From an uncultured Actinomycetota bacterium (lineage in GTDB: Bacteria > Actinomycetota > Actinomycetes > S36-B12 > GCA-2699445), in contig CAVXYG010000012.1 of NCBI GenBank assembly GCA_963766005.1, positions 270,265 to 334,264 on the forward strand: a DNA stretch of 64,000 nucleotides, written 5' to 3'. Below the pieces are notes generated by a model, which saw only the letters and a list, made by a program, of their open reading frames with translations, was not told the origin of the DNA and ran no database searches. Shown piece after piece: positions 53,751 to 64,000 of this stretch. Within the stretch, counting starts at the first letter, position 1. Each line of letters begins with the position of its first letter. The position numbers and the translations under genes are program-made.

Positions 53751-56303
53751 CTAGGGTGCCGAGCTCGTGCCGTCGCCGAAGTCCCAACGGTAGTCCTTGA
53801 TGCTGCCGTCGGGGTCGTAGGAACCCGTTGCGTCGAAGGACACCGTCCGATCCTGGACGCTGGGCGTGAAGCTCGGCACCGGTGCCAGGTTGGCGCCACC
53901 ACCGCCGCCACCCACTTGGCTTCCGCTGGCCGCGACGTGATCGCGGACCTCGCTAGCGGTGAGAGCGCGCGGGTACACGGCCACTTCGTCGATGGAGCCG
54001 ACGAACGCTCCGCTCGCCGCTCCCTTCGGCCATCCGCTCAGCGAATCGGTGCCGATCCGCCAGGAGCCGGTCATCCGTCGGCCCTCCGTGACCGACGGGT
54101 TCTGGCCGACCTTCTCGCCGTCCACGTACAGGACCATGCCGTCGCCGGACAGGCTTGCGGCGACGTGGTGCCACTTGCCGTCGTCGTAGCCGGTGCTCGA
54201 GGCGAGCGTGACCTTGCTACTACTGCGGTCGTCGACGCCGAAGCGGATCCGGCCGTCGGTGTCGAGGTACAGGTGCCGGTCGGTCCAGTCGGAGCCCTCC
54301 TGGCCGCTCTCATCCTTGTAGTGCGTGCTGTAGCCGGCGATGCGGCCGCCGCTGCCGTCGGTGGATTGGAACCACGCCTCGATCGTGAAGTCGTTCGGCG
54401 CCGGGCTCTGGATCTGCGTCGCGGTGTAGGAGGCGGCGCCGCTGAACTTGCCGACCTTGTCGCCGGAGTCGCGCAGCAGGGGACTCCCCGCGCCCAGCGA
54501 GACGCCCTGCGAGGCGGCAGCCGCACCCGCGGCGGTGTCGGAGATGATGTCCGGCCCGTCGGAGAATCGGATGTAGTGGGCCGGAAGGTCGCCCAGCACG
54601 GCGTTGCCGTACTCCTGGTCGGTCGTCGCGGCGATCGTCACCTTCGCGCGGCCGCTGGCCCGCCGATTGCCGTCAGGGTCGGTGGCGACGATCAAGTAGT
54701 CGTGGGTGGCGCCCGGCTGCAGCCCGCGGTCGATGAACGACAGCGACCGCCGAGACGCCCAACTGGAGTCGGCAACAACCTCGTGGACTGGCGTGGAGGC
54801 CTGCACGCTGACGTAGTCCCGGTAGACGCGGTAGGTGAGGCGCTCGTTGTCGTGGTCGTAGGTCGTCTGCCAACCCACATGCGCCTGGCCGCGCGCGTAG
54901 GAGACAACCGTCGGCGTGAACTCTGCCGGGCTGACGGGACGAACGGCGTTCGGATTCCCCGCGACACCCACCCGCGCCATGCGCGTCAGACCCTGCTGCT
55001 TGATCCCGTTGAGTCCGATGAACTCGCCGCCGTAGACCAGATACTGGTCGTTTCCTGTGACGTGCCAGGCGCCCTGGTCGGAGGTGGTGTAGGTGCCGAA
55101 GTACCAGTTGGGCCAGAAGTGCAGCGTCTGCGGAGCAGGCTCTCCCGCCCGCTCCACCCAGCCGTGGACATCGGTGTTGAGCTCGCCGCGCGCTTCGTCG
55201 GTGTAGGCGCCGCCCCCCGGACTCACCCTGGGCCAGCGCTCCTCGAATCCGCCCGGCACGTTGGAGCAGCGGTGCGGGTGCCCCACGGTGTAGACGACGC
55301 CGGCCTGCGCGAAGGCGGAATGGTGGTCGCCGCGGCAGTCGATGATCCAGGTGACCTTCCCCGTCTTGCCGTCGAGCCTCGCCGCAGCCTCGAAGTTCCC
55401 GCCGCCGCCGTTGAACGTGTACGCGGTCACGAGGATGCCGTTGGCGTCGGAGGTCAGGGAAGTGATGGCCGCATTGGGTCCGGAGTTCTTGATGGAGTTC
55501 TTCGCCGCCCACGGCTTGGTGGCGCCCGACGCGGGGTCCAGGGCAGCCATGCCGTACCAGGCCTCGCCGTTCACCTTCGCGAAGTGGCCTCCGACGACCA
55601 CCAGGGACCGGTCCTGGTTCAGTGCGAGGGCGCGCACGTTCTGGTCCGTGCTGGGAGCCCACGGCGCGAGCGTGCCGTCAGCGGCGTCGAACGCTGCGAG
55701 GTGGGCCCGGGCCTCAGTAGGCAGTCCGGTCCGGCCCGAGGCAGCGGCAAAGTCGCCGCCGGCGTAGACGGTCGTCGGGGACACGGCGATGGCTCGTACC
55801 GACGCGCCGAGGACCGGCTTGAAGTTCTGGTTCAGGGTGCCGGTGGCGGCGTCGAACGCGGCAATGCGGGTGCGGGGCTTGCCGTCGATCATCGTGAAGG
55901 TTCCGCCGGCGTACACTGTTCTGCCGTCCGGCGAGACAGCGAGCGAGAGCACGGGTGCGTTGAGGACCGGCGCGAAGGAATCGATGAGTACGCCGGAACG
56001 GATGTCGTAGGCCAGCAGATACGTGCGCGGCACTTCGTTGGTTCCGGGAGCGTCCCCGAACGGCCGGGCGGTGGTGAAGTCCCCGCCGACGTAGACGCGG
56101 TTGCCCACAACGGCCTGGGTCCAGACCACGCCGTTGATCTGCGGTGTCGGCAACACATCGGCGCTGGCAGTGGTCGGCAGGGAGGGATCCGACGGTGCGG
56201 TGTCCGCCGATGCCGCACCGGGCACGGCGACCAACAGCGCCGCGACGAGCGCCACGACAACGACGAGCGCGACGGAAGCGTGCCGCCGCAACCGATACGA
56301 CAT
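53751..56303 (-). CDS. secreted multidomain protein: signal peptide, beta-propeller (V(Y/V)xGG.F repeats), FN3-like, LamG/concanavalin-like, Gly linker, truncated PKD
   Basis: ORF 53751..56372. Start placed at MSYRLRRHASVALVVVVALVAALLVAVPGAASA (56303). Repeats VYVGGDFT, VYAGGTFT, VYAGGDFA, VVVGGHFA. LamG: FTIEAWF..KWHHVA..LYVDGEKV..IDEVAVY. Ends at YDPDGSIKDYRWDFGDGTSSAP-TAG in the middle of a PKD fold. Confidence 0.85.
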   Translation of the reverse strand: MSYRLRRHASVALVVVVALVAALLVAVPGAASADTAPSDPSLPTTASADVLPTPQINGVVWTQAVVGNRVYVGGDFTTARPFGDAPGTNEVPRTYLLAYDIRSGVLIDSFAPVLNAPVLSLAVSPDGRTVYAGGTFTMIDGKPRTRIAAFDAATGTLNQNFKPVLGASVRAIAVSPTTVYAGGDFAAASGRTGLPTEARAHLAAFDAADGTLAPWAPSTDQNVRALALNQDRSLVVVGGHFAKVNGEAWYGMAALDPASGATKPWAAKNSIKNSGPNAAITSLTSDANGILVTAYTFNGGGGNFEAAARLDGKTGKVTWIIDCRGDHHSAFAQAGVVYTVGHPHRCSNVPGGFEERWPRVSPGGGAYTDEARGELNTDVHGWVERAGEPAPQTLHFWPNWYFGTYTTSDQGAWHVTGNDQYLVYGGEFIGLNGIKQQGLTRMARVGVAGNPNAVRPVSPAEFTPTVVSYARGQAHVGWQTTYDHDNERLTYRVYRDYVSVQASTPVHEVVADSSWASRRSLSFIDRGLQPGATHDYLIVATDPDGNRRASGRAKVTIAATTDQEYGNAVLGDLPAHYIRFSDGPDIISDTAAGAAAASQGVSLGAGSPLLRDSGDKVGKFSGAASYTATQIQSPAPNDFTIEAWFQSTDGSGGRIAGYSTHYKDESGQEGSDWTDRHLYLDTDGRIRFGVDDRSSSKVTLASSTGYDDGKWHHVAASLSGDGMVLYVDGEKVGQNPSVTEGRRMTGSWRIGTDSLSGWPKGAASGAFVGSIDEVAVYPRALTASEVRDHVAASGSQVGGGGGGANLAPVPSFTPSVQDRTVSFDATGSYDPDGSIKDYRWDFGDGTSSAP

Positions 56304-56519
56304 GGAGTCCCCCTGATGTGCCAGCATTTCCTGACTGTGCGAAGACACACCCTTCGGTGTGCCAACTCTCACAACGATGCAGATTACACGCCGTCGCCGG
56401 CCCGCCCGATTTGGGGCGATATCCAGCTAACGTTGTGTGACCTCCATCATGCACTGCGGGTGGGTCATCTGCGGAATCGGTCACTTCCCAGAGGCAGCCG
56501 TTGCCACGACCTGCACCGG

Positions 56520-56825
56520 TTAGGCGGGGAAGTCGTCCCCGGGTCGGTACACGCGGACGCGGGCGCTCAGCAGATCGAACTCGGGGCGCCGCGCGACGAA
56601 CCGCTCGCACTGCTCGGCGGTGGCGCGGGCGGCAGCAGCATCGTTGCTCACTGAAGCCACGCCGATCACTGCCCGCCGGAGCAGATCTGCCTCGCCCACC
56701 TCGCCGCACGCCACACCGAAGCGGCGCTGCAGCTCGGCCACGAGCGGTCGGACCAGGCTGCGCTTCGCCTTCAGCGAGGGCACCGCGCCGAGGAGCAGAT
56801 CGAACTCCCCGGTGGCGACGAACAT
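56520..56825 (-). CDS. DUF503 (YlxP-like) small protein
   Basis: In the frame of ORF 56520..57413. MFVATGEFDLLLG..SLKAKRS..RRFGVA. Starts 8 nt after the sdhB stop. Confidence 0.7.
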   Translation of the reverse strand: MFVATGEFDLLLGAVPSLKAKRSLVRPLVAELQRRFGVACGEVGEADLLRRAVIGVASVSNDAAAARATAEQCERFVARRPEFDLLSARVRVYRPGDDFPA

Positions 56826-56833
56826 CTGCTTGC

Positions 56834-57621
56834 CTACTTGGCGAAGATGAGCGCGCGCTTGACTTCCTGGATCGCCTTGGTGACCTCGATGCCCCGCGGG
56901 CAGGCTTCGGTGCAGTTGTAGGCGGTCCGGCAGCGCCAGACGCCCTCCTTGTCGTTGAGGATCTCCAGGCGGTCCGGTGCCCCGGCGTCGCGGGAGTCGA
57001 AGATGAAACGATGGGCGTTCACGATCGCGGCCGGACCGAAGTACTGCTCGTCGTTCCAGAACACGGGGCAGCTCGTCGTGCAGGCGGCGCACAGGATGCA
57101 CTTGGTGGTGTCGTCGAAGCGCGCCCGATCCTCTGCGGACTGGATGCGCTCCTTGCTCGGCTCGTGGCCGTCGGTGATCAGGAAGGGCTTGACCTCGCGG
57201 TAGGCCGCGAAGAACGGCTCCATGTCCACGACGAGGTCCTTCTCCAAGGGCAGGCCCTTGATCGCCTCGATCGTGATCGGCTTCTTCAGCGGCAGGTCCT
57301 TCACCAGCGTCTTGCAGGCAAGCCGGTTGCGCCCGTTGATCCGCATCGCATCCGAGCCGCAGATGCCGTGGCCGCAGGAGCGGCGGAAGGTCAGCGACCC
57401 GTCCTGCTCCCATTTGATCTGGTGCAGCACGTCGAGGATTCGGTCGGTGGGGTAGGCCTGGACCGTGAACTCCTGCCAGAACGGCTCGGAGTCCTCCTCG
57501 GGGTCGTAACGGCGGACCTTCACCCGCACCGTGAGCGTCTCGTGCTTGGGGGCCTCCGGATCGGCCTGCTCACCGGCCGATCCGGACGCCACGGACTCCT
57601 CGGCAACCGTCGTGTCGGTCA

Positions 57622-57622
<1 letters not shown>
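56834..57622 (-). CDS. sdhB: succinate dehydrogenase iron-sulfur subunit
   Basis: ORF 262 aa: CGHGICGSDAMRING, CILCAACTTSC, CRTAYNCTEACP. Confidence 0.95.
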
Positions 57623-59364
<1,742 letters not shown>

Positions 59365-59380
59365 CAGTGCTCCCGTGCCA

Positions 59381-59794
59381 TCAGGTGAGGTTGGGGTCGA
59401 ATGTGAAGATGACCAGCGTGCCGAGCACGACCGTGAAGGCGGTCGCCACCATGAGCAGCGTCTTCAGCACGAAGCGCGTGCGATCCCTGCCCGCGTAGTC
59501 GTTGATCACCACGCGCAGGCCGTTGGCGCCGTGCAGCATTGCCAGCCACAGCTGCAGCAGGTCCCAGACCTGCCAGAACGGCGAGCTCCACCGGCCGGCG
59601 ACGAAGGCGAAGTTGATGCGCTGGACGCCTCCGTCGAGGACGTTCATGATCAGCAGGTGGCCGAGCACGAGGAAGACCAGCACGATGCCCGAGATCCGCA
59701 TGAAGATCCACGAGTACATCTCGAAGTTGCCGCGGCTACCGATGCGCTGCGGGCTGCGGGGCTTGCTGATGCCGAGGTCGGGCTGAACGGTCAC
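59381..59794 (-). CDS. sdhD: succinate dehydrogenase hydrophobic membrane anchor subunit
   Basis: ORF 137 aa with 3 TM segments and His ligands. GTGA overlap with the sdhC stop. Confidence 0.85.
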   Translation of the reverse strand: MTVQPDLGISKPRSPQRIGSRGNFEMYSWIFMRISGIVLVFLVLGHLLIMNVLDGGVQRINFAFVAGRWSSPFWQVWDLLQLWLAMLHGANGLRVVINDYAGRDRTRFVLKTLLMVATAFTVVLGTLVIFTFDPNLT

Positions 59795-60189
59795 GGTGTG
59801 CTCCCGAAGAGGCTCTCGACGGTGTGCTGGAGCATGAAGTAGGTGCCGGGCACCATGAGGAGCAGCCAGAAGACCATGATCCCCCAGAACATCTGCTTCT
59901 GGTATCGCGGTCCCGAACTCCAGAAGTCGATGGCCACGATCCGCAGGCCGTTGAGCGCGTGGTAGAGCACGGCGCCGACCAGGCCGACCTCCATCGCGTT
60001 CACGATCGGCGTCTTGTATGTCGCGATCACCAGGTCATAGGCCTCGGGGGACACCCGTACCAGGGCGGTGTCCAGGACGTGGACCAGGAGGAAGAAGAAG
60101 ACCGCCACACCGGTGATCCGGTGGGCGACCCAGGACCACATGCCTTCCCGGCCCCGGTACAGCGTCCCGCTGGCGGTTGCCGTTGCCAC
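59791..60189 (-). CDS. sdhC: succinate dehydrogenase cytochrome b subunit
   Basis: In ORF 59791..60414. GTG 60189 lies behind GGAGG. WSWVAHRITGVAVFFFLLVH. Confidence 0.85.
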   Translation of the reverse strand: MATATASGTLYRGREGMWSWVAHRITGVAVFFFLLVHVLDTALVRVSPEAYDLVIATYKTPIVNAMEVGLVGAVLYHALNGLRIVAIDFWSSGPRYQKQMFWGIMVFWLLLMVPGTYFMLQHTVESLFGSTP

Positions 60190-60468
60190 AGCGCCTCCGC
60201 GTTCGATGGAAAGGCCCGGCACGTGCGCCGGGTCGGTATGACCCAATCCTAGTCCCGCCCGTCCCGGAGCGACGCTCGGGACCTGCCGCGGGGCAGGGGC
60301 GCCGCTCGCGGTACTCCCGCCCGGTCGTGTCGCTGCGGCTGCGACTGCGCCTGGTGCTCGGTCCGGACGTCGAAGGGCCGGTGGCGAAAGTTCCCGAAAA
60401 GAAGATGCATCCAAGCGGCGGCCAACCGGGGAATCTGTTGCATCACGTCAATCACGAGGAGAACCACC

Positions 60469-61152
60469 ATGCATCTGAAGAAGGCCATCGCCGCCGTTGC
60501 CGCCTCGGCGGCCGTTGCTGCCGGAGCCCTGGTCACTGCGCCGGCCGCCCAGGCCGCCCCCGACAGCCTTGCCGGCGTGCTGGGCGTCGGCAACGATTCC
60601 CTCGGCTACGACGGGGACCGCTACGACTTCGATATCCTCCGCGAGGCCGCGGAAGCGGTCCTGGCCGCCAAGCCGGACTCCGCGGTCGGCGTGCTCGCCC
60701 AGGGTGGAACCCCCGTGACCGCCTTCATTCCCAACGACCGGGCCTTCCAACTGCTGGAGTGGAGCCTCACCGGCTCCTGGGAGCGCTCCGAGCAAGCAGT
60801 CTTCGACGGCATCGTGGCCGCCGCCGGCACACTGGGCAATCCCATCGACGTCGTTGAGGAGATCCTGCTCTATCACGTACTGCCGGACGGCGCGGTTCAG
60901 AGCAGCACGGTGCTCGGGCTGAAGGGTGCGGCCAAGGCCGACCGGACGTTCACTATGGCCAACGGCGGCGACATCCGCCTGAACGTCTACAGCAGCAGCC
61001 CGCGGTTTCCGTTCGTGACCATCACCGACCAGGACCCCGACGCCTTCAATGCCACGCTCGTGCGGTCGAAGCTGGACATCCGCGCCGGCGAGCAGATCGC
61101 TCACGGCATCTCCGCCGTGCTGCGTCCGCTGGACCTGCCGCGAGCCGGCTGA
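60469..61152 (+). CDS. secreted fasciclin (FAS1) domain protein
   Basis: ORF 227 aa. Signal peptide ..APAAQA-AP, then TAFIPNDRAF, LLYHVL, AHGISAVL. GAGGAGAA Shine-Dalgarno. Confidence 0.85.
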   Translation: MHLKKAIAAVAASAAVAAGALVTAPAAQAAPDSLAGVLGVGNDSLGYDGDRYDFDILREAAEAVLAAKPDSAVGVLAQGGTPVTAFIPNDRAFQLLEWSLTGSWERSEQAVFDGIVAAAGTLGNPIDVVEEILLYHVLPDGAVQSSTVLGLKGAAKADRTFTMANGGDIRLNVYSSSPRFPFVTITDQDPDAFNATLVRSKLDIRAGEQIAHGISAVLRPLDLPRAG

Positions 61153-61335
61153 CGACACCACGCACACCGCGGGGCCCGGCTGTCACAGCGGGCCCCGCGT
61201 GAGCGTGCGGCCCGCGCCACCGCGGGGGGTCTGGGCGTCGCTTGGCGATCAGTGCTGCCAGACAGCGCGTCTTTTGTCTCTGCACGTGAGCGGCAGCGCA
61301 CTAGGGTTGCGGGGGCTAGGCCGGATGGAGGCGCG

Positions 61336-62346
61336 ATGGGTCGTTGCAGGTCGCTGATCGCGGGGCTGTGCATCGGCGGGGTGCTGATCGCCGGCTGCAC
61401 GACTCCGCAGGAGCCGACCAGCGACGTCGTCGTCGGCGTGGCCTACGACGTCGGCGGGCGCGGCGACGGGTCGTTCAACTCTGCTGCAGCGGCCGGTTTG
61501 GACCGCGCGGTCCTGGGTCTGGGCGTCTCGACGGTGGAGCGGGCGGCCGAGCCCGGAGAAGCGCCCTCGGCCAAGACCCAGCGGCTGAGGGACCTCGCCG
61601 GGCAGGTCGGGGACCTCGTCGTCGCCATCGGTTCGGACTACGCCGACCAGGTGCAGGCCGTCGCGGCCGAGTTCCCCGACACCGTCTTCGCCGTCGTGGA
61701 CGGGGTCGCCGAGGGCGGCAACGTCGCGAGTCTGCTGTTCGCCGAGGAGGAGGGTTCCTTCCTCGTCGGCACGATCGCGGCGCAGGCCCGCCCCACCCAG
61801 CCGTTCGGGTTTCTCGGCGGCGCCGACAACGAGATCGTGCGCAGGTTCGAGGCCGGCTACGAAGCCGGTGTGCGAGCGGTCCTGCCGCAGGCGCGCGTCG
61901 ATGCACGCTTCCTGGCCGGCGACGGCAGCGGATTCACCGACACGGCTGGTGCCCGCGATGCCGCGGCGGCGATGTTCGACGCGGGCGTCGGCATCATCTA
62001 CCACGCCGCCGGGGCGGCCGGCGCGGGCGTGTTCGAGGCTGCCCGTGACGCCGGCGCCCTGGCCATCGGGGTCGATAGCGACCAGTACCTCGGCGCACCG
62101 GACGACCTCAAGCCCGTGATCCTCACGTCGATGCTGAAGCGCGTCGATCTCGCCGTCTACCAGATGGTCGAGTCGGTGGTCGACGCCGAGCCCTTGAGCG
62201 GAGTGCAGACGCTGGATCTGGCGTCCGACGGTGTGGGGTACGCCACGTCCAACCCGGCCGTGACCCGCTACGTCGCGGTGGCGGAGGACTACCGGGGGCG
62301 GATCGCCTCCGGGAGCATTACGGTGCCGACGACGCCGAGTCCGTAG
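61336..62346 (+). CDS. BMP-family (PnrA/Med-like) ABC transporter substrate-binding lipoprotein
   Basis: In ORF 61252..62346. MGRCRSLIAGLCIGGVLIAGC lipobox, then DVGGRGDGSFN, VDSDQY. Confidence 0.88.
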   Translation: MGRCRSLIAGLCIGGVLIAGCTTPQEPTSDVVVGVAYDVGGRGDGSFNSAAAAGLDRAVLGLGVSTVERAAEPGEAPSAKTQRLRDLAGQVGDLVVAIGSDYADQVQAVAAEFPDTVFAVVDGVAEGGNVASLLFAEEEGSFLVGTIAAQARPTQPFGFLGGADNEIVRRFEAGYEAGVRAVLPQARVDARFLAGDGSGFTDTAGARDAAAAMFDAGVGIIYHAAGAAGAGVFEAARDAGALAIGVDSDQYLGAPDDLKPVILTSMLKRVDLAVYQMVESVVDAEPLSGVQTLDLASDGVGYATSNPAVTRYVAVAEDYRGRIASGSITVPTTPSP

Positions 62347-62356
62347 CGGAGGCGAT

Positions 62357-62755
62357 GTGGACGAGCAGTGGGACGCCCTTGCCCGGCACGCCGCGGCGAT
62401 GGTCGAGCAGGCCTACGCACCGTACTCCGGGTTCCCCGTCGGAGCAGCCGGTCAGGTGGACGACGGTCGCGTGCTGGCGTCGTGCAACGTAGAGAATGCG
62501 TCCTACGGCCTCGGGTTGTGCGCCGAATGCGGGCTCGTTGCGTCCCTGCACGCGACTGGCGGCGGGCAGTTGGAGCGGGTCGTCGTCCTGGGCCCGGGGG
62601 GCCTGCTCCTCACCCCGTGCGGGCGGTGCCGGCAGTTGCTCTACGAGCACGGCGGGCCGGACTGCCTCATCCTCACCGACCTCGGCCCCACCAGGCTCGC
62701 CGAACTGTTGCCCAGCGCTTTCGGCCCGGACGACCTCGGCGAGATCGCTCGGTGA
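62357..62755 (+). CDS. cdd: cytidine deaminase
   Basis: ORF 132 aa: YSGFPVGAA, CAECG, PCGRCRQ. Confidence 0.92.
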   Translation: MDEQWDALARHAAAMVEQAYAPYSGFPVGAAGQVDDGRVLASCNVENASYGLGLCAECGLVASLHATGGGQLERVVVLGPGGLLLTPCGRCRQLLYEHGGPDCLILTDLGPTRLAELLPSAFGPDDLGEIAR

Positions 62756-62910
62756 CCGCGCCGCCGGTTCGGCGCAGCGGCCGTAGGAGCAGCCAACGCG
62801 GTCTGCGCGAAGCGCGACCGCGGCGTCCGCCAGCCCGATTGCCATGTCCGGTCGTGCCGCCGCCGGTAGCCGCGGTCGGGCCTGCGGGCGTCCGCTCGTG
62901 CCTGTCGGGA

Positions 62911-62960
62911 AACATCCGAAGCGAGACGCTGGCGAGCCTGGGCGTGGCGCTTCGGATGTT
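62911..62960. terminator. perfect 13-bp inverted repeat AACATCCGAAGCG-N24-CGCTTCGGATGTT between convergent genes (terminator or operator)
   Basis: Arms at 62911-62923 and 62948-62960. Conspicuously less GC-rich than the surroundings. Confidence 0.35.
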
Positions 62961-63043
62961 CGGCTGCCCCGACGCAGTCAGATCGCCACCGGGCATTCCT
63001 GGCACGCCGACGCGCCGTCGTCGCCGCTGCCCCTGACGCGCCA

Positions 63044-63132
63044 GACGCTCGGCGGCGGCGCTCTGCCCTGCGCTGGACGCTCGGCGGCGGCCGGCCTGCC
63101 CTGCGCTGGACGCTCGGCGGCGGCCGGCCTGG
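63044..63132. repeat. 32/33-bp tandem repeat, about 2.7 copies (GACGCTCGGCGGCGGCCGGCCTGCCCTGCGCTG)
   Basis: Units at 63044-63075, 63076-63108 and 63109-63132 (partial). Ends 1 nt before the stop of the convergent DJ-1/PfpI gene. Confidence 0.85.
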
Positions 63133-63133
63133 C

Positions 63134-63809
63134 TCACCGGCCGGTCAGCAGCGCCAGCATCTCCTCGCCGACTCTCCTCGCCGACTGCGGGTTCTGGCCC
63201 GTGACGAGGCGACCTGCTACTGCGACCTGCTCCGTCCAGTTCGCCGCGGGGCTGTGGTGCGCGCCCCGTGCGGCAAGCGCGTCGGCCAACAGGAACGGCA
63301 CCACCTCGGTGAGCCCGACGGCGGCCTCCTCATCGTTGGTGAACGCCGCGACTGCCTTGCCCGCCACGAGCGGCTCTCCGTCGGACAACGTGAGATTCAC
63401 CAGGGCTGAGGGCCCGTGGCAGACAGCAGCCACGACCCCGCCGGACTCCTAGATCCGTCGGCCCACTCGGGCGACATCCGGATCGCCGGGGAAATCCCAC
63501 ATCGTCCCGTGGCCGCCGACGTAGAGCACCGCGTCGTACCCCGTTGGGTCGATGTCTGCCAGGCGAGGCGTGTCGTGGAGCTGAGCACTCATCTGCGGAT
63601 CGGAGAGGAACGCGTTCTGCTCCGCGTCTGAGGGGTCGCGACCGTCTTGCGGGGGCGATCCCCCTGCGATGGATGCCAGATCGACCTCCACACCCGCGTC
63701 GTCGCAGCACGCGCCAGGGATGGGCAGCCTCGCCGACGGAGAAGCCGGTGCTGCGCACACCGCCGAGATGGCCGTTGCTGGTCAGGACGAAGAGCACGCG
63801 CTTGGCCAT
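63134..63809 (-). pseudogene. DJ-1/PfpI-type (type 1 glutamine amidotransferase-like) protein, disrupted by a frameshift (about 63714) and an in-frame TAG (63449-63451)
   Basis: MAKRVLFVLTSNGHLGG..EAAHPWRVL is in ORF 63330..63968. DDAGVEVDLASIAGG...VGGHGTMWDF..RRI-TAG is in ORF 63449..63760. ESGGVVAAVCHGPSAL...VTGQNP is in ORF 63134..63433. Span is 676 nt = 3n+1. Confidence 0.8.
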
Positions 63810-63858
63810 GGCCCAGGGTACGTTCCCGCGCACGGGCGCCGGGGTGGCAGCGCGGGCG

Positions 63859-64000
63859 TCACCCGGCACGCGAGAATGCCGTTGCCATCCGGAGCTGCTC
63901 GTCGGTTGGTCGCACCCCCGTGTACAGGACGAATTGCTCGGCCGCCTGCAGGGCGAGCACCTCGGCACCGTGGATGATCCGCTTGCCGTACGTCCGAGCC
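63859..64000 (-). CDS. C-terminal end of a shikimate/quinate dehydrogenase-like protein (5' part outside the window)
   Basis: Not in the ORF track. The minus frame reads ...YGKRIIHGAEVLALQAAEQFVLYTGVRPTDEQLRMATAFSRAG-TGA, resembling the AroE C-terminal (G..ML..QA...F..WTG) motif. High GC3. Confidence 0.5.
   Translation of the reverse strand, partial: ARTYGKRIIHGAEVLALQAAEQFVLYTGVRPTDEQLRMATAFSRAG

Noticed and set aside
53751-53753. In-frame TAG codons at 53751-53753 and 63449-63451 as recoded sense codons (for example pyrrolysine).
   Set aside because: TAG is used as an ordinary terminator by well-conserved genes here: sucC at 12461-12463 and trpS at 28033-28035. No pyl genes are seen, and the same genes also carry frameshifts.

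Overview
This is a very high-G+C, actinobacterial-type chromosomal window (composition judged by eye, not computed). About two thirds is conserved core metabolism, packed into operons that often have 1-4 nt start/stop overlaps.

Core genes:
- sulfite reduction/siroheme operon: sirA-cysH-cysG-cbiX
- pcrA
- a PAS-GGDEF cyclase
- sucCD
- a PerM-like membrane protein
- purNH
- folD
- nei
- mdh
- icd
- xthA
- trpS followed directly by gcvT-gcvH-gcvP-gcvR
- a DD-carboxypeptidase
- tesB
- sdhCDAB
- a BMP lipoprotein
- cdd

Accessory stretch, about 36.4-56.4 kb:
- a stand-alone HIT/HNH fusion gene
- a Wzx/BY-kinase type exopolysaccharide locus with two GT4, two GT2, a pyruvyl transferase, an FrhB-like oxidoreductase, an acyltransferase and a sulfotransferase
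- a degraded IS256-family transposase remnant
- a large secreted beta-propeller/FN3/LamG/PKD protein whose C-terminal continuation carries a 352-bp tandem repeat and is broken in several places

Most notable observations:
1. The HIT-unknown-HNH fusion.
2. A 27-codon uORF that is 48% Cys+Met, apparently leaderless, 128 nt upstream of the sulfite-reductase operon.
3. An unusual density of single-base frame lesions and in-frame TAG codons in otherwise conserved genes (sirA, folD, BY-kinase, GT2, DJ-1/PfpI, the repeat protein).
4. Tandem repeats whose period is not a multiple of three.

No rRNA, tRNA or CRISPR array could be supported. All homology statements come from motif recognition by eye, not from searches.
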